A program made the position numbers and the translations under genes. From NCBI RefSeq assembly GCF_037042905.1, contig NC_087245.1, positions 13,084,001-13,148,000 on the forward strand: 64,000 bases of DNA, read 5' to 3'. This document shows, piece after piece, positions 27,161 through 41,600 of the stretch (within the stretch, counting starts at the first letter, position 1; the number at the start of each line of letters is the position of its first letter). Source of the stretch: Lytechinus pictus (lineage: Eukaryota). Below the pieces are notes generated by a model. That model was not told the DNA's origin and made no database searches. It saw only the letters and a program-made list of their open reading frames with translations.

Positions 27161-29902
27161 ATTATACTAGATTACTGAAAGATAAAAAAATATTACATTC
27201 AGTCTCGATCACTGAAATTTCCAGATGAAGCGGAATATTTTGTTTATACCAAATAAATAATCTGACAGTGTTGTACCTCAATCGCCATACATTGTTGTCA
27301 TGTAACTTAACATTGCCAATATGATTCCTTATACAATGTTTCAAGGAAACATTGACTGAGTCATAGAACAGGTACACGATGGAAAGACGGCAACAGCAAC
27401 ACAGTCAGACTGGTTGCCAAAATATCATCATCGACGTCTGCAATCTACCTCCTAATTGTGCCTCTATGATTGCAAAAAGATTACGAGTTAATCTTTTAAG
27501 CCTAATGACAGGTAATAAAGAGGTTTTGCACTAGCTTATTAAAGTAAGTCGCGAATGCATTTTTTATGAAGGGAAAGCTTGCCGTTTCCATGGGAGAGAG
27601 ATGCTTTCGATTACAATAGTGAATGAACACCTTCGTCTTCATTTACCGATTAATTGCAAAAATGGATCTAGTCATTTTTTTTATTTTGATGTTTTAATCT
27701 TAAAATTTTGGTTATCGATTCTGTTTATTGGTAATACTCCAAACTTCAGTAATCAAGATTTATGAGTAAATGACCCCTCCTGCTTGATTTGCTTAAAGAG
27801 AGTATAGTTATGGCAAAAGTGGACATAATTATTAAGAGCTATCACAAAATTTTTATGACATTTAGGAAGAAAGTAATGGAAAGATATCTTTAGCACAGAA
27901 CTTGAACTTGAAGATGCTTTCATTATTTCTTATCATAGATTATTGTATAATTCCCTTAGTCCCTCGTGTCATTCTCAAATTCCATACCACTATCCCTATT
28001 CTAGAATATCCTCCACCGCAAAGGTCAAAACCGACATATTCGAGGATTTTCCAACAAATCTTTCCGGTTTGTACAAATCACAGTTTTGACACAAAACAAA
28101 CCTCAAACTATCTACCCTTTGAAAGCAACAACACACAGAGGAGCTCATCGAGATATATTGAGAAAAAAATGAGGGAAAAGAAGGATATTTCAGATATTTT
28201 AAATCTTTCGACAAAAATAATCCCCGGGTTTAAGCAAGAAACAAATGGCAATGTTTAGTAGAAAGTTAGTTATGGTGTCACATGCAAGGAACCGCGTCAT
28301 TTTTCTTTCTGATCTCTTTGGATTTCATGGATTTGTTGGGAGAGTGTGACGTTGAGACAGGATCATACAATGAACTTTCTCAACGAGGTGATCGACTTGG
28401 AAGAAATCTTTAGAGGTTTGGACGAAATACAAGCCATGGATTTGAACTCATAGAAAAGGCATTGTATTTATATAAATCTAAGGATATATGTAGGAAAACT
28501 TCTCTGTAAACGTTCCCCACTTTTCGAAATCACATCCCTTTTTGATCACACATTAATGGGTATTTCAATTAAATGCCTTAGTTACTAATGGTCCATGGAT
28601 CGATGTTAAGCATCCAATGTCAACTCAGTACATTAGTTCTAATAATCTTGTCAATATTTTACTATCTCATTTGTGATTTAGCATTTCACTCTAGGCCTAA
28701 ACATTTTCATTCTCTTTCACTCTCTAACATTAATCATGATAATTATATTCATGGCTGTAGCGTTCGCATGTATGTCTAATTAGAACTAATTTCAAATCTA
28801 ATGAATTGATGACTATCTATAATATGTGCAATTCTTACCTTATTTTCGACCCAATATGCGACATACAACCGCCCCTACGGTTTTAAGGGCAATAAACTTT
28901 TCGACAGATTTGGGCAAAAACTTAACATTTAATAATTAGTTTTATTTAATTGTCGATGATTGCAATTATAATGTTCAAAATAGGAAAATTCCATGCACGT
29001 ACATTCTTCCCAAAACTATAGTTTATAATGTGGTATTATGAGTTGCTATCCTAAGTATTATTTTCATAGTTTTGATTCTTCTGGCCTTGACATGAAAAGA
29101 GAATCTCGTTTTTCTTGCCGTATTTTCATGTTTTCAAGTATCACAGACCGACTGAGACAATGGTCTTGATTTTGATGAAAGACTTCCATTTTGACGAGCC
29201 CATGGGACTCTCATATCGACGAGCAAAAATGTTAGAGGAAGGAAAAATATGACATATCGGAAGTTCTCTACTTTTACACAAGGACTTGATACCTAAAAGC
29301 TGAGGGGGAGAGGGGGATCACGACAGAATTTTTTTTATTTCTCTAGTTCTTTTGTGAATGCCCTATGGGAGAACGTCTTAGTAGGCGGTATGCCACTTAG
29401 AAAAGTTACAGATCTACTTACTAATAGGAGATCGCACAGGTTAAGACTATTTGAGGTCGATAAAATGTTGAAGAAATATTTTAGAAGTTTTAGTGCCAAT
29501 ATTGGTTTAGCAGTCGTTTATTTTTCGAAGATTTGTTTCATCGTGCATAATTGACCGTTATAAAAGATCAAAGTCTAAAAATTACGAAAGACAAAGATAT
29601 GAAGTAGATGTCAATTTGGGGTATTAGTTATGTAATTTGAGGGATTACATTATGGACACTTATACCAAATGATTACACTCACGTTCACAAGCCCAATGAA
29701 AAGATCGTAATCAAAACAAAACAGCGCTTTGTTTTCGTTAAAAAGAAAAGAAAATCAACATCTACTCTCCAATACATATTGGATAAAAGGAAAGAGAAAA
29801 TGGTGAAAGAGTACTAAACAGAATAGAAAAGACTTTTAAACATAAGGAGACTGTAAGCTAGGATTTTTTTTACTAAGTGAGAAATACCCTCTCCCCCGTC
29901 CA

Positions 29903-30145
29903 CACTGTAAAAATATTGGATAAAATTTTAACCAGCACGAGGGTAATCATGATTGTGTCCAACCAATTTGGGGCAGTATTTTACCCAATGTGGGAAGCAT
30001 ATTGCCCAGTAAGATTACAAAATAAGCAGCAATTACTTGAGAATGGGCAAAATGTTCATCACACTGGATAAGTAAAAATGCCAAAATGTTGGTTGGACAC
30101 ATAATTACCCTCATGGAACATTTTTACCCAATGTTTTTTAGAGTG
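29903..30145. mobile_element. CACT-ended MITE with 2-bp CA TSD
   Basis: Termini cactgtaaaaa / ttttttagagtg. Internal inverted arms are gagggtaat...tgtgtccaacca / tggttggacaca...attaccctc. CA lies on both flanks. Confidence 0.82.
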
Positions 30146-33100
30146 CATCACCCCGCCCCCTCTATAGCTGCATGGGCCCACTGTACGCCTCTTGGCCTAT
30201 TTGCGGACTGTGTGTATTGTCAAGGTGTAATCTGGTTTCTTGAACCAAGGGCATGTAAGGTCACGGTAGCCTTTTCGTCACCTAACAAGAATCGGGTATC
30301 CATCTAACCGGACACGTGCTGATAAGATAATAGAATAAGTATTTTCTAACACTGGACAGTTTCACGTGTTCTCTGACCTAATAACGAGGTCGGCCACTAG
30401 AACGGATGAATATTGGTTTTGCCAATTTAGCTTCAATTAGATGGGTACAAGAAAACACCGTTGCAAATTGGCAGCGGCGCGTCCGATGCTTATTGGTGAT
30501 TAAACTCACGCATTCTTGGACGGTTTTGTAACCTGCGCAAGCAACGCGACTATCAGACTGCGTCTCGAATGGAAATTTTGAAATGAATTGGTGATGCGTA
30601 AGACGCGTGCGTGTCAAAGAATGAAGGAACGTAGGCTGTAGGTGGAAGTGAGAGTACATAAAAAGTGCATAGTGGTTCTCGGAAGCGCGTCATTATTTAC
30701 GTTGCCGTCTTGGGCTGATCCTCAAGCAGCTGAGCTGATCGCACCGAGACAAGAACTTAGAAATTGGTCTAATTATTTCACCCAGCCTCGAGGAAATATG
30801 CAATGACCGTCCCCCTTCCGCCAGAATTTTCTCATCCTTCTTCGCTTCCACCTACACGTTTTAGCAACGCGCTACTGGTCTTGGAAAACTCCTTAAGCCC
30901 TCCAGCAAAGTTTCACTACTTTTTTTTTTTTGCCTGTAGTATACCCTATACAGAGAAGGTTATAGGTATTGAGCCTACATGAGGGTTAAGTTATATTGAC
31001 CAATGTAAAACCTTCATGATCCTTCCAATCGATAAATACGATTCAAACATTAGCCTTACCAATTCCCAAATCAAAAAGGGCCAAAATTAAGAATAACAAA
31101 GTTGAAATCTTCAAGGAGTTTTGCTATCGCATGGCGTAAAAACTGGCGCACACTTCGACGAACCATGCATGAGTGACGTCACATAAATCATGTCGAGAGA
31201 AGAAGTGAAGTTATGAACTGAACATTGAAAGTATCGCATTGAGTCTGAATTATGTATTCCCCAACAGACTTGATCACTTGGAATTAGCAAAAGAAAATGT
31301 GCCTGTGCGATTGGCGTATATTGTTTTATTTAATAGCATCACCTGATTGGCACCATTAAATTACATTCAATATGATTAATAAGATAATCTAAAAATAAGT
31401 TATCGGTCTATACTTTAAAAACATGATTATTGAGTAACTTACTAAGATTACTTTGTCTCAACACAAAGACAATATTGTGGCCGAAATTATCACGAGGGGC
31501 AATAGGGCTGACAACAGGTGCCAATTTAAATCTAAGGAAGGACGGAGGCAGTCTGTTTGCCTTCGACAATTATGTCTCCATATCACAGTTGTATACGATC
31601 GTCTCGACATCGTCATTCTGACATTTTCTAGACCTAGATAAAACAATGCTTCTCAAAAATCAGCCATGATCCCATTGTATCTGACAACCTAATTCACGAT
31701 TAAAAGTTGAGAAAGTCACCCTATTTTGATTGTTAAACTGCACGCACGGTCTTGCAAGTCTTATTCGATTTGTGTTTGAGACTGGTAAGTAGTGCCAAGC
31801 CTAGTCTCGACAATCATCTTCTCTTGGAAAGGTAATTTGAAATTCTGGCTAAATAAGGAACAATTAAATTTGGATATCCCAGAAAGAAATGCACAGCCAA
31901 AAATACCGACTTTATAAAAGGAATAGATTATAATGACGTCACCCCAATTTAAAAGATCTTACCCATCATCTTTTTTATGATATTTTTCTCAAATTTGATT
32001 GGATATCACTTTTGTTTTAACGCCACTTTAGATACTAAAAAAATCTTTCGTTATTTGTTGGGCTGATTTGATTAAAGATCTTGGTAATTATCATCTCAGT
32101 TGAAATGCAACAAGATGAATATTCATACACATTGCATCTTTATCATTAATGTAATTATGTCATATTGAAACGAACCATTAATGATAAATCAACGTAATAC
32201 TTCAATCAGTGATATAAATCTTGCAAATTACATATTCACCAAATTATCTAAGCACAGGGTTTTGTTCTTGTACCATGAACTTTTGAATAAACCCAACAAT
32301 AGATCATTACAAAGGGAAGCACAATTTAAGTGCTTTAAATCTTAAGCAGATATGAACGTGTTATTTTCTCAATAATTAATTTGAACTTATTCATTCCATT
32401 GAAGCAACTTCCCATAAAAAATGTAGGGCCTAAGGCATTAGTGCAAGAAATTAATAGCTGTTTAGAAACATCATCATTATTGGGAACAACTAACTCTGCC
32501 ATTAACCCTGCCATTACAGTGCATCACTAAGATTGCCGTCAAATTATCTAATGAAATGGGTGATTTAAAGGCTATTTTAGTGTAACTCAAAAAAGTGCAC
32601 GCATTTTTCTTTAAGTGTACATGGCATGAAAACAGGAACATTTAACAAGTGAATACGGTAGCTATAAGTGCATTGGCAATGAAAAGGGGACGTGAACTTC
32701 TACCCAGACAATATAGAAGCGAGGCTGAATCAGGCAGGAACAAATTGAAACAATTTCAACTCTAAGAAGTACACGAGAACCCAGGCTTTATGATAACAAT
32801 ATCTACAACAATATTTAACAGTATCTTTTCCCTCTCCAAGATTAAACTCTCTGAGGAAGGACAAGCAAGTATCAATCAGACATGACCAGAATCCCTACTG
32901 CGTGTTAAATAGGCAACGCCACAATGGGGTCATGCTGCCACAAACGTTGCTCTACGGGGTGAGCCCTTCGCGCCGTGCGGATAATAGGCCGACAGCTCGG
33001 GGGGCACTTACGAACTCTCCGCGCTCTATCCCTTGATCGTAGCCGCATGTTTATCGCCGTAAGCAGAGGGTAAGCGGGCGGTCTGAAGGCAAACTCTGAA

Positions 33101-35142
33101 GGATCATTTAAGAACAATTTAGCCGCTGACAGAAGCCTGCTTAGGAGTGGGATAAGAAGAGAAATGTACTGATTGTAATTGAGATAGAGGTGATATGTGG
33201 TCAGGGATCAAAGTAGGGTGTTCTGTAAATGAAGAAGTCAAATTCTGATAACCGAACGTTGTAGTTACCAGTCATGCTTAACGATTATTAACTTGTTATA
33301 GGCCTATATAATTATATGTACGCATGATGAGACACTAATCATTAAAAATATTGTAAAACAAAATATATATAGTAACCAATAAATCAAGGTTAACACTTTT
33401 AAAGCGTTTACAAGATTGACCATTTTTATTTACAAGTCCAGATTAATTTATTGAACTTTATAAATAGGTTAAAAGTATCTGGGGTAAATGTGAAATGAGC
33501 AATGATCGATATAAATATTGGATAAAAAAACAGTTATCAAATATTGTTTTACATAAATATGAAATTACTTCACGTTTATGTCATTCAACTTTAGATTCTT
33601 CCTCTTTTTAAAAATTTTACCTCGTTATTCATTATTCATAGTTTTTTTTTATTTGTGTCACAATATAAAAAAAGAACATTAAAAGCAAAGGACCCAGACT
33701 TGAACCTTGAGGTATCCCTATAACAAATACCGGTCGATGTTTTGCCATTGAGGCATGGTGGTAAATCAACAATACTCTGAATGGCGGTAATTACTGAAAT
33801 AAATGATATTTATTACTCTATATTGCTCAAAGGTTTGTAATTAATCGCTAAATCGCACTTTCGAACAATAGCAAAGCGATTGAGATAAACGATGAATATC
33901 ATAATCATGTATAATTACTTTTATTTTAATCCACAGGTCATGCTTGATTTATTAGCCTACTCCTAGCATGAATAGGTTAAGATTGATGTTATTTCCATTT
34001 GTTTTATTTCCATCATACTAGTAGCCGTAAACCAATGTTCAACTATATAGAAAAGACAAACATTAAGACCACGATATCATCGCCTAACTTCAAGAAAATA
34101 CATCGTTCAGAATCTTAGGAGAATGTTTTAAGATTTGATCCATATTTTGTAAACAGCTACTGATTTTTAAGATGTTTTAACCCATCTTAGAATCTACACT
34201 TTATAATTGATAAATTTTCAAGTCGATGTTCAATGACCACATGCAACCCGAAAGAGCGCAAGTAATCTTCTGCTGTTGTAGTGTGTGCACTGTGTATGTA
34301 CAGTATGTACGTGCAGGTGTGCCTATGTCTTAATTACTAGATAATTTAGAGGCTAATCGAATGTGACTTGACTTGATTACCCCCTTGATCATGTTGATCC
34401 ATATTCATTTTTTTCTGCTATGCTTTTAAGAAGACAGTGACAAAGACAGATGAGTTTAGGAGCAGTGTACGCTAAGTTATACATTGTAGCGTGAGTGTGA
34501 GTGTACTGTGGATGTGCGTGTCCTGTGTTTGTGTTTCGGAAGTCGAATATTTACGGCGGTTGCCTACTTTCAATCTGCATGAACTGGTTGAAATAATCGG
34601 CAAGTGTTACTTTATTGACCAATTACATCACGATGAGTGTATGGTCACCTGTCGATGTGGTTTTAGAATAGGTGCTTACTTCTGCTCATTGAAGGAACAG
34701 TGTAGCCTTTAATCCGCTCATTCTCGTTTACGACTTTCCAATAATGTAACGCCAGAATTCAGTCGCCATAGATGTCTATGGCGAGCATAGCCCAAGGACG
34801 ACTAGAATCTGTCATATTTAGATGTTTCGCTAATTTGACGGATAGTCTAAATTCATAAAACCTTGTTTGACCTTAATTTTACCAATCTTTCCTGTTGTTA
34901 CCTCGTTACCTTAATTACCCCCTCCTCGATCCCCCCGATCGATTTTCTTTATTACACTTTCAAATCATCAACGGCGCTGACCCCAGTTCTTTCTTTTAGA
35001 CAATGCTCATGAATCAAAATGATGTTCCTTTCATGTCTCTTGTATTTATGTATAATTATTTGAATATTTAAAACTCTACAAATTTCTCTCCTATAAGACA
35101 ATTAGAAACTACTTATAAGAACAAAACCATTTTCTCTACAAT

Positions 35143-35204
35143 ACTACTGCTGCTGCTGCTGCTGCTACTACTATACCACATGACAGGCCTACTGCTACTA
35201 CTTT

Positions 35205-35263
<59 letters not shown>

Positions 35264-35407
35264 TTGCTACTATACTACTTCTACTACTACTACTACTTCT
35301 ACTACTGCTGCTACTACTGTACTACTACAACAACAACTACTACTACTACTACTCCTACTACTCCTACTACTACTACTACTACTACTATACTACTACTACT
35401 ACTACTA

Positions 35408-35455
<48 letters not shown>

Positions 35456-35630
35456 TACTACTACTACTACTTCTACTACTACTACTTATACTACTACCAC
35501 TACTAAAACTACTACTACTTCTACTACTACTACTTATACTACTACCACTACTAAAACTATACTGCTACTACTGCTGCTTCTACTACTACCTATATACTAC
35601 TACTATCACTATACTACTGCAACAACTATT
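35143..35630. repeat. Long imperfect (CTA)n microsatellite
   Basis: About 490 bp of cta/ctg/cca triplets in Wnt1 intron 1. Confidence 0.97.
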
Positions 35631-38600
35631 ATTCATACATGTATACTTTTGTAACTCTCCATGCTATCCAATCATAATATACCACATCTGCTTGAATTAA
35701 ATCGATTAATTTTATAACTGAAATGTTACTAGTGTGCATGTGGATTGAAGAGGATTGCTAACGAAGGACTGACCCATTGAACAACCAAAATTGCAGTTAT
35801 GACGTTAAACATAATTTAGGAAATCATTTCCTTTGATGACGTCACATAATATATCTCAAGAGCTCTATTAATTTAGAAAGGCGTTATCGCCTTTCAAGTA
35901 ACCAAACTATGAAATATCAAGCTCTCCTTTTTATTATCGACACCTTAAAGGTGCCATTATGGTTTATAATTGGACGGGACATACGAGGAAAGGTCACCAG
36001 GATCAGTAGCAACCATTTGTAGCAATTTGTTTTAAGGTCAGGTACAACCTAATTGAAAGCGTGAGTATAATGCTGTTCTTGACTCCCGCGTACTCATGCC
36101 CCAGTGAATATATAATGGTCACTGGTGTATATAATATGCTATCTTTCCCCTTTCACCATACTCTTAAAGTATGAATGCAAACATCTATACAATTTATAGT
36201 AGGATATATTAGAAATTAATTACCCATTTACGACATTATTGTAATACCAACCAGTATTTCCTCACTCAACCCATCTGATAGCACTTTCATTTCCACAATG
36301 TGTTTAACAAATAATAGTTAGGTAGGAATACAAATATATTTTTACAAAATTATTTCTGATAATTTTGGTAATTTCAAAATCTTACAGCATATTACAATAA
36401 TTATAAAAACTCTAAAGTGAACAATATTTCCCGAAAACAGTGACATACTTTCTTCCACAGTTCTATATCATGGCCAAAACTATCTTTATCAAAGAAGAAA
36501 TGAAGAGGGCAAGAATGATAGTAATGTTTGATGTCACATCTCTGAGCTAAATAACCCATGTGACCTAGTTTTGGAGAGTGGTATATTATAAGGGGACAAT
36601 TCGATTTAATATAAATTAAATGCTTTAAGGTAAAGTGCATGAGTCAACATGTTCGTATGTTTTTCCTATCATCGAAAATTGCCTTGCGCACACCTGAGAT
36701 AAACCTTATACTTTACTACGAAACCGTGTCATAATGGAGAGACTATTTTTATGAAAGATAACAAACACCTTTCCTATCGAAAGGGACTGTTCGTAGAGGT
36801 TCTCATGTAGTATGCCTATGTACCTGTATAATCATAATCCGTCTCATAATTAGGTCATCATCGTACTAAAATTAATCTTGACTTTCATTATAAGTTAATC
36901 ACACTGACTGTCGATCAAATTTTCACCTCTTGTCCCGTATTGAAGTGTCTTCTTCCTTCACACATGGTCATGCTTGTATCGTGTGCCTTACTAGGAGATC
37001 GCCTATGATATTAATATCATGTACGGGCGAAATTAATCCAATTTTGTGAAATGAGATTAGGATCTTATGGCGAATGTTGCGTGTACTCTGCTAGAATGAA
37101 TCGTATTAAGACATGCTAACTCGGATCGTCTTGTTTTCCTATTTCACTCTTCTTTGCAAATGGAGTGTGATATTCCAGACAGTGCTCATATCGTAAGGGC
37201 AATATCAAAATAAATTAGAATGAAAGAAGGTTTCAAGCCAGAATGTGGCCATGATAGATACATATTTGTATTAAAAATTGGGAATGATTTATAGTCAAAT
37301 GGAAAGATGGTTGCCATCATCGTAATGACAACAAGAAGTTTGGTAATATTGCATATTGATTACTGCCACCATGATAGCTGAGATGATGCGAGAGATGACT
37401 GGTATATAGACAATACATTGATAATTAAAAGTGACAGAAATGTAAAAATTAGTTTATATTTTCAAAAACTTAAAATTGTGAACATTAATAGAAATGAGAA
37501 GACAGTTTTGAGCTGTACTAGTAACTGAATGAAATCAATTAGAAATATTATTCAATAGTAGTAAGATGATGTGTCGAAAATCTATTGATATGGCAATGTA
37601 AACTGTAGCTTTCATTCTTAAATGTTTATATCGAAAAGTAATAATCATAAACTTGATTAAAGAAAAAAAATGATTCTAGACCCACAACTGTTATTGAATG
37701 ATTTAAAACTCCAGTCAAATAGCCTGTTTATATTCAGTTTTTCATGTTCTTAAAACATTGTTAACATGGACTTTCTTTGAGAAATTATATTCCAATTACA
37801 TAGTCGAAGAGTATGAGGCTCTCCCGTGGATGACAATTAAATGAAATGAAATCCATGCAGATAATCAAGGATCACTTCCTTTTCCAATTATAAGGTGATA
37901 CTGATAATTGTTCGGGATAGAAGAAAGTGATTTTACAGATACGCCCATGTTACAAATAATTTTTTCAACATATTTTATGCAAGGGTGGGGGCAAGGACGG
38001 TTTATCTGAACGCAATGGTGTACGCTGCACTTTTCAAAACAATAATATACTCAAATAATCACCAGACAGACACTAAATTGAATTAATATTATTAAACACA
38101 CCATTCTTGTCAAAATAGAAATCTAGAACGAGTCATTTCGACAAGATTCTACGGTCAACTTAGTTGCAGAAATTCTGTAAAATGTTCTTCTCATAATGCT
38201 TTTATTGAAATTACTATGAATTGTTTATAAAGTACTTTCGTAAGTGTGGTGAATTCTTAAGTGTCACTTTTGAAAATTCATTCACATTCACGATGATAAT
38301 TCATTATCATCACCTTTCTATGCCTTCATGAAACTTAATCTGTGTATTTGTCAATACATACATTGACATTTCTCTTGGATATTTGAATACAAAACACTTT
38401 TATTTCTCAATTAAATTAAATTATTCTATCATTCAGAATAAACGAAAATGTATTTAAGAGTCTTTCTTCTTTATATTTTGTGATCACATGTACACATTTT
38501 GAAAAAGTAATTAAGGTATTAATCCATGTTTTATAACTGCATTTCATCATTCCGACGACTTGAATATTAACAGGAAGAATATAATGCCTTGTTACACGGG

Positions 38601-41600
38601 AAGTTTTGGATATTGTTGGCTACTATAGTTTTTATCATGAAAAGTGACTTCATAATGTACCTGTCATATCATTTTAGATATTCCAGTTTGACGTAACATG
38701 TATGCCACACGTACAAGATTGCCATGGATCGCTTTCAAGGTAAATTACTTCGTGTTCACATTTCATCTTTCTCTAGTAGTTTGATATCATCATTATGTGA
38801 TAATAATGATGATGATACTAGTAGTAGTAGTAGTAGTAGTATATTGATGGTTTTATTATATGATGATGCATGACGATTATTACTATTATTGTTATTATCA
38901 TTATTATTATAATTACTAAATAAATAGGCATTTTACTTGGGACATCCTGCTACTCCTATGTCGAGTCCGGTAAGTTAACACAGAATAATGCCTCACCAAA
39001 GTCATGGTATTGTGGCAGATATAAAACCACGGTATCATATGCTCTGTCCATTTCCACTAGATTCCATGATGAAAAGCAAAAATATGATCATGTCCTCAAA
39101 TTCAAACGAATTCCACTCTCCATGGATGTGTTCACACTGGCACCATCTTCGTGTTTTTCCTCTTCTGACAACAAAATCTGTATACAAAATGTGCTTAGAT
39201 TGAGGTCATGCACTTGCTATACGCGGATAAACTTAATTAGATATTAAACATGATTCATAGATAATGCATTTACCATGGAATTATGCCATGCCTGAATGTA
39301 CTTGACATGTATGTGTGCTATTTGGCGTTTGTATGGTTTGTGTGATAAATGAAGTGCAGAAATATCGTTAGGTGTATCATCAAGCAACAATACAATATTT
39401 CATCATCATTTGAACATTATTTTGGTTCTTTTAATATTGGAGAATAAAGCGTGAAGGGTATGAAGCAATTACCGTTGGTAAAAGTGGATATATTATATGC
39501 GATATAGTTATATATCTGAGGCAAAGATAAGGAATTATAACATCTACCATCCACATCGCCCATGAAGCGATAGTTTGTACCATCTACTAAAACCAAAGGG
39601 TGATTTGTATTCCGCATCAGAACTGCCATAATTATAGAATATCCAAACTTTTATCTAAAGCGAAGAAGTTAATTCTCTTCGTATTTGTCCTTATTGTGTG
39701 ATTGTCTTACTCCACATTTCTTCAAGATTATTTTTTTATATTTACTCTGGAAATGAATCTGTGACAAGAAGCATGATCTAGAATCTTATCAAGATGTTGA
39801 AGTATCCGGACCATTATTATCCCCGATTGCATGGTTAGCATAAAACAGCTTATTTATTAAAGCCTGTGTGTATCATAAACCCTGATCAGTTATACTAATT
39901 TCTACAATGTTTATATGCCTTCTACTCTTTATTCTTCCTTACGTACACTTTCGTTTGGCTGTCATCACTGCCAATGGAAGACTAGCTGTCACTGTGTCTA
40001 TGGTTGTGCACCGCACTGAATTCATTAACTCTTTCTTTTTTAGTTAACATTGAGGATGCAGAAGATGACAGTTTATGCTGATGAAATTGTACCTGTAAAC
40101 AGTAGGGACTTGGAGATTGCCAACCCGTCTGCCGTTCTTTATGACATCAGGCGTTGCCACAGCAACGTAAACATTTATCCTACTTTCATCGCACGTTTTA
40201 TATAGCCTGTACCTTAGACTGTGGATAAACTGGAAAGTTTTATGAGAGCAGATAAAAAACGATGGGATATTCAAAGAAATTTGATAGACCCTGGAAATAT
40301 GAAGTAAAAAAATGACGGTCGATCTCTGAAAAAGAGAAGCGAAATTGGACATAAGAACTTTTGTGCACTCGGTGTACACTCTTGGGTAATTTGAATTTAT
40401 TTCTTTAAATGTTTTTCTAACCAGATTATTGACAGCTACAATAATGGCAATGGTCTGACAGAATGTGCGCTTTATAAGAGCCCTCTATTGTCATTATCAT
40501 TAATGTATTGGGAATCCTATTCAATTAACGCTTGTAACTATTATTTTGGCTTGAGCCGCACGACATACCAAAAATAACGAAGAAAAGGTGGCGATTAAGA
40601 AAACTCTCATTTGGCCAAGAGTTTACCTGCATAAATGCCAAACACTTTGGAAAAGTAAACACACATGATATCGATATACACCCTGATCATATAATCATTA
40701 TTGAACACTGAATCATCCATAATGAATTGATATTCAATTAACATAAAAACAGATGCCCTGATGGCTCACTACAAGACGTATTTAATCATGGCGTAAATGT
40801 ATTTCAGGCGATACTGCCGTCATGTCTAACAATCCCAAGGCAGCATATAATCTTTCATGCTAAATGATTCAAATAGGGGGGATGGGGTGATTGTTATAAA
40901 TATAAACCATGTTGTATTGAATCATGCTATTGTCTGAAAGGAACGATCCGAACGGACAAAAAGTGGAGGACTGAGAACTTAAAGAACCGGAGTAAAAGCC
41001 GGTCCCTGAGGGCTCCTGCTGAACTTTTTGTCGCTTCGAACCACATGTTGCCGTATTTGATTCAAAGTTCCGGAGGGGTAACGCAAGAAACCGCCCCGTC
41101 CGTGAAGGCTTATTGAAAGAATGCGCCACTAGTGATATTTATATCCTGCTTCTGGGGCTTTAAGTTCAAGTTTACCTGCTGTTCCCATGTCCAGGCAAGC
41201 AAGCTTGGGAAACTAGCGGATATAGATCCTCATGATGACGAAAGTCAGCGGGGCCAAACGTCGTGCCAGCTATTGATAGCTACGCACCACCACGAGAGCA
41301 TGTTTTACCAGTCGGGGCACTTCCCCGGTCGAGTTCATGTAACGCCTCGGTGAAAAACCCGGCAAGGAGCTGATGGACATGAGCGGTGATACGTACAATA
41401 CATACCTCCTGTTTTCATGGAGGGGGTGTGAGAATATGTACGGTTAGAAGGTGAAATGAGCCAATAGATCCTGTAGGCCATCTCTGAACTTTACAAACGT
41501 CTGCAAACATCCAGATATGGATGAATAGCATGAAAAAGAATGGCAGAGGAACCTCATTCCCTAATGACTTGAGGTCATATTTTGGCATTTATCTTTGATG

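Noticed and set aside
34763..34784. Palindrome tcgccataga-tg-tctatggcga
   Set aside because: It is isolated and short, with no element boundaries or function that I can support.
35180..35506. 108-aa poly-L/Y/T ORF
   Set aside because: It is a translation of the CTA microsatellite.
38995..39177. Possible cassette exon in intron 1 (minus-strand ag...gtgagg)
   Set aside because: It has stops in all three frames and no supporting homology.
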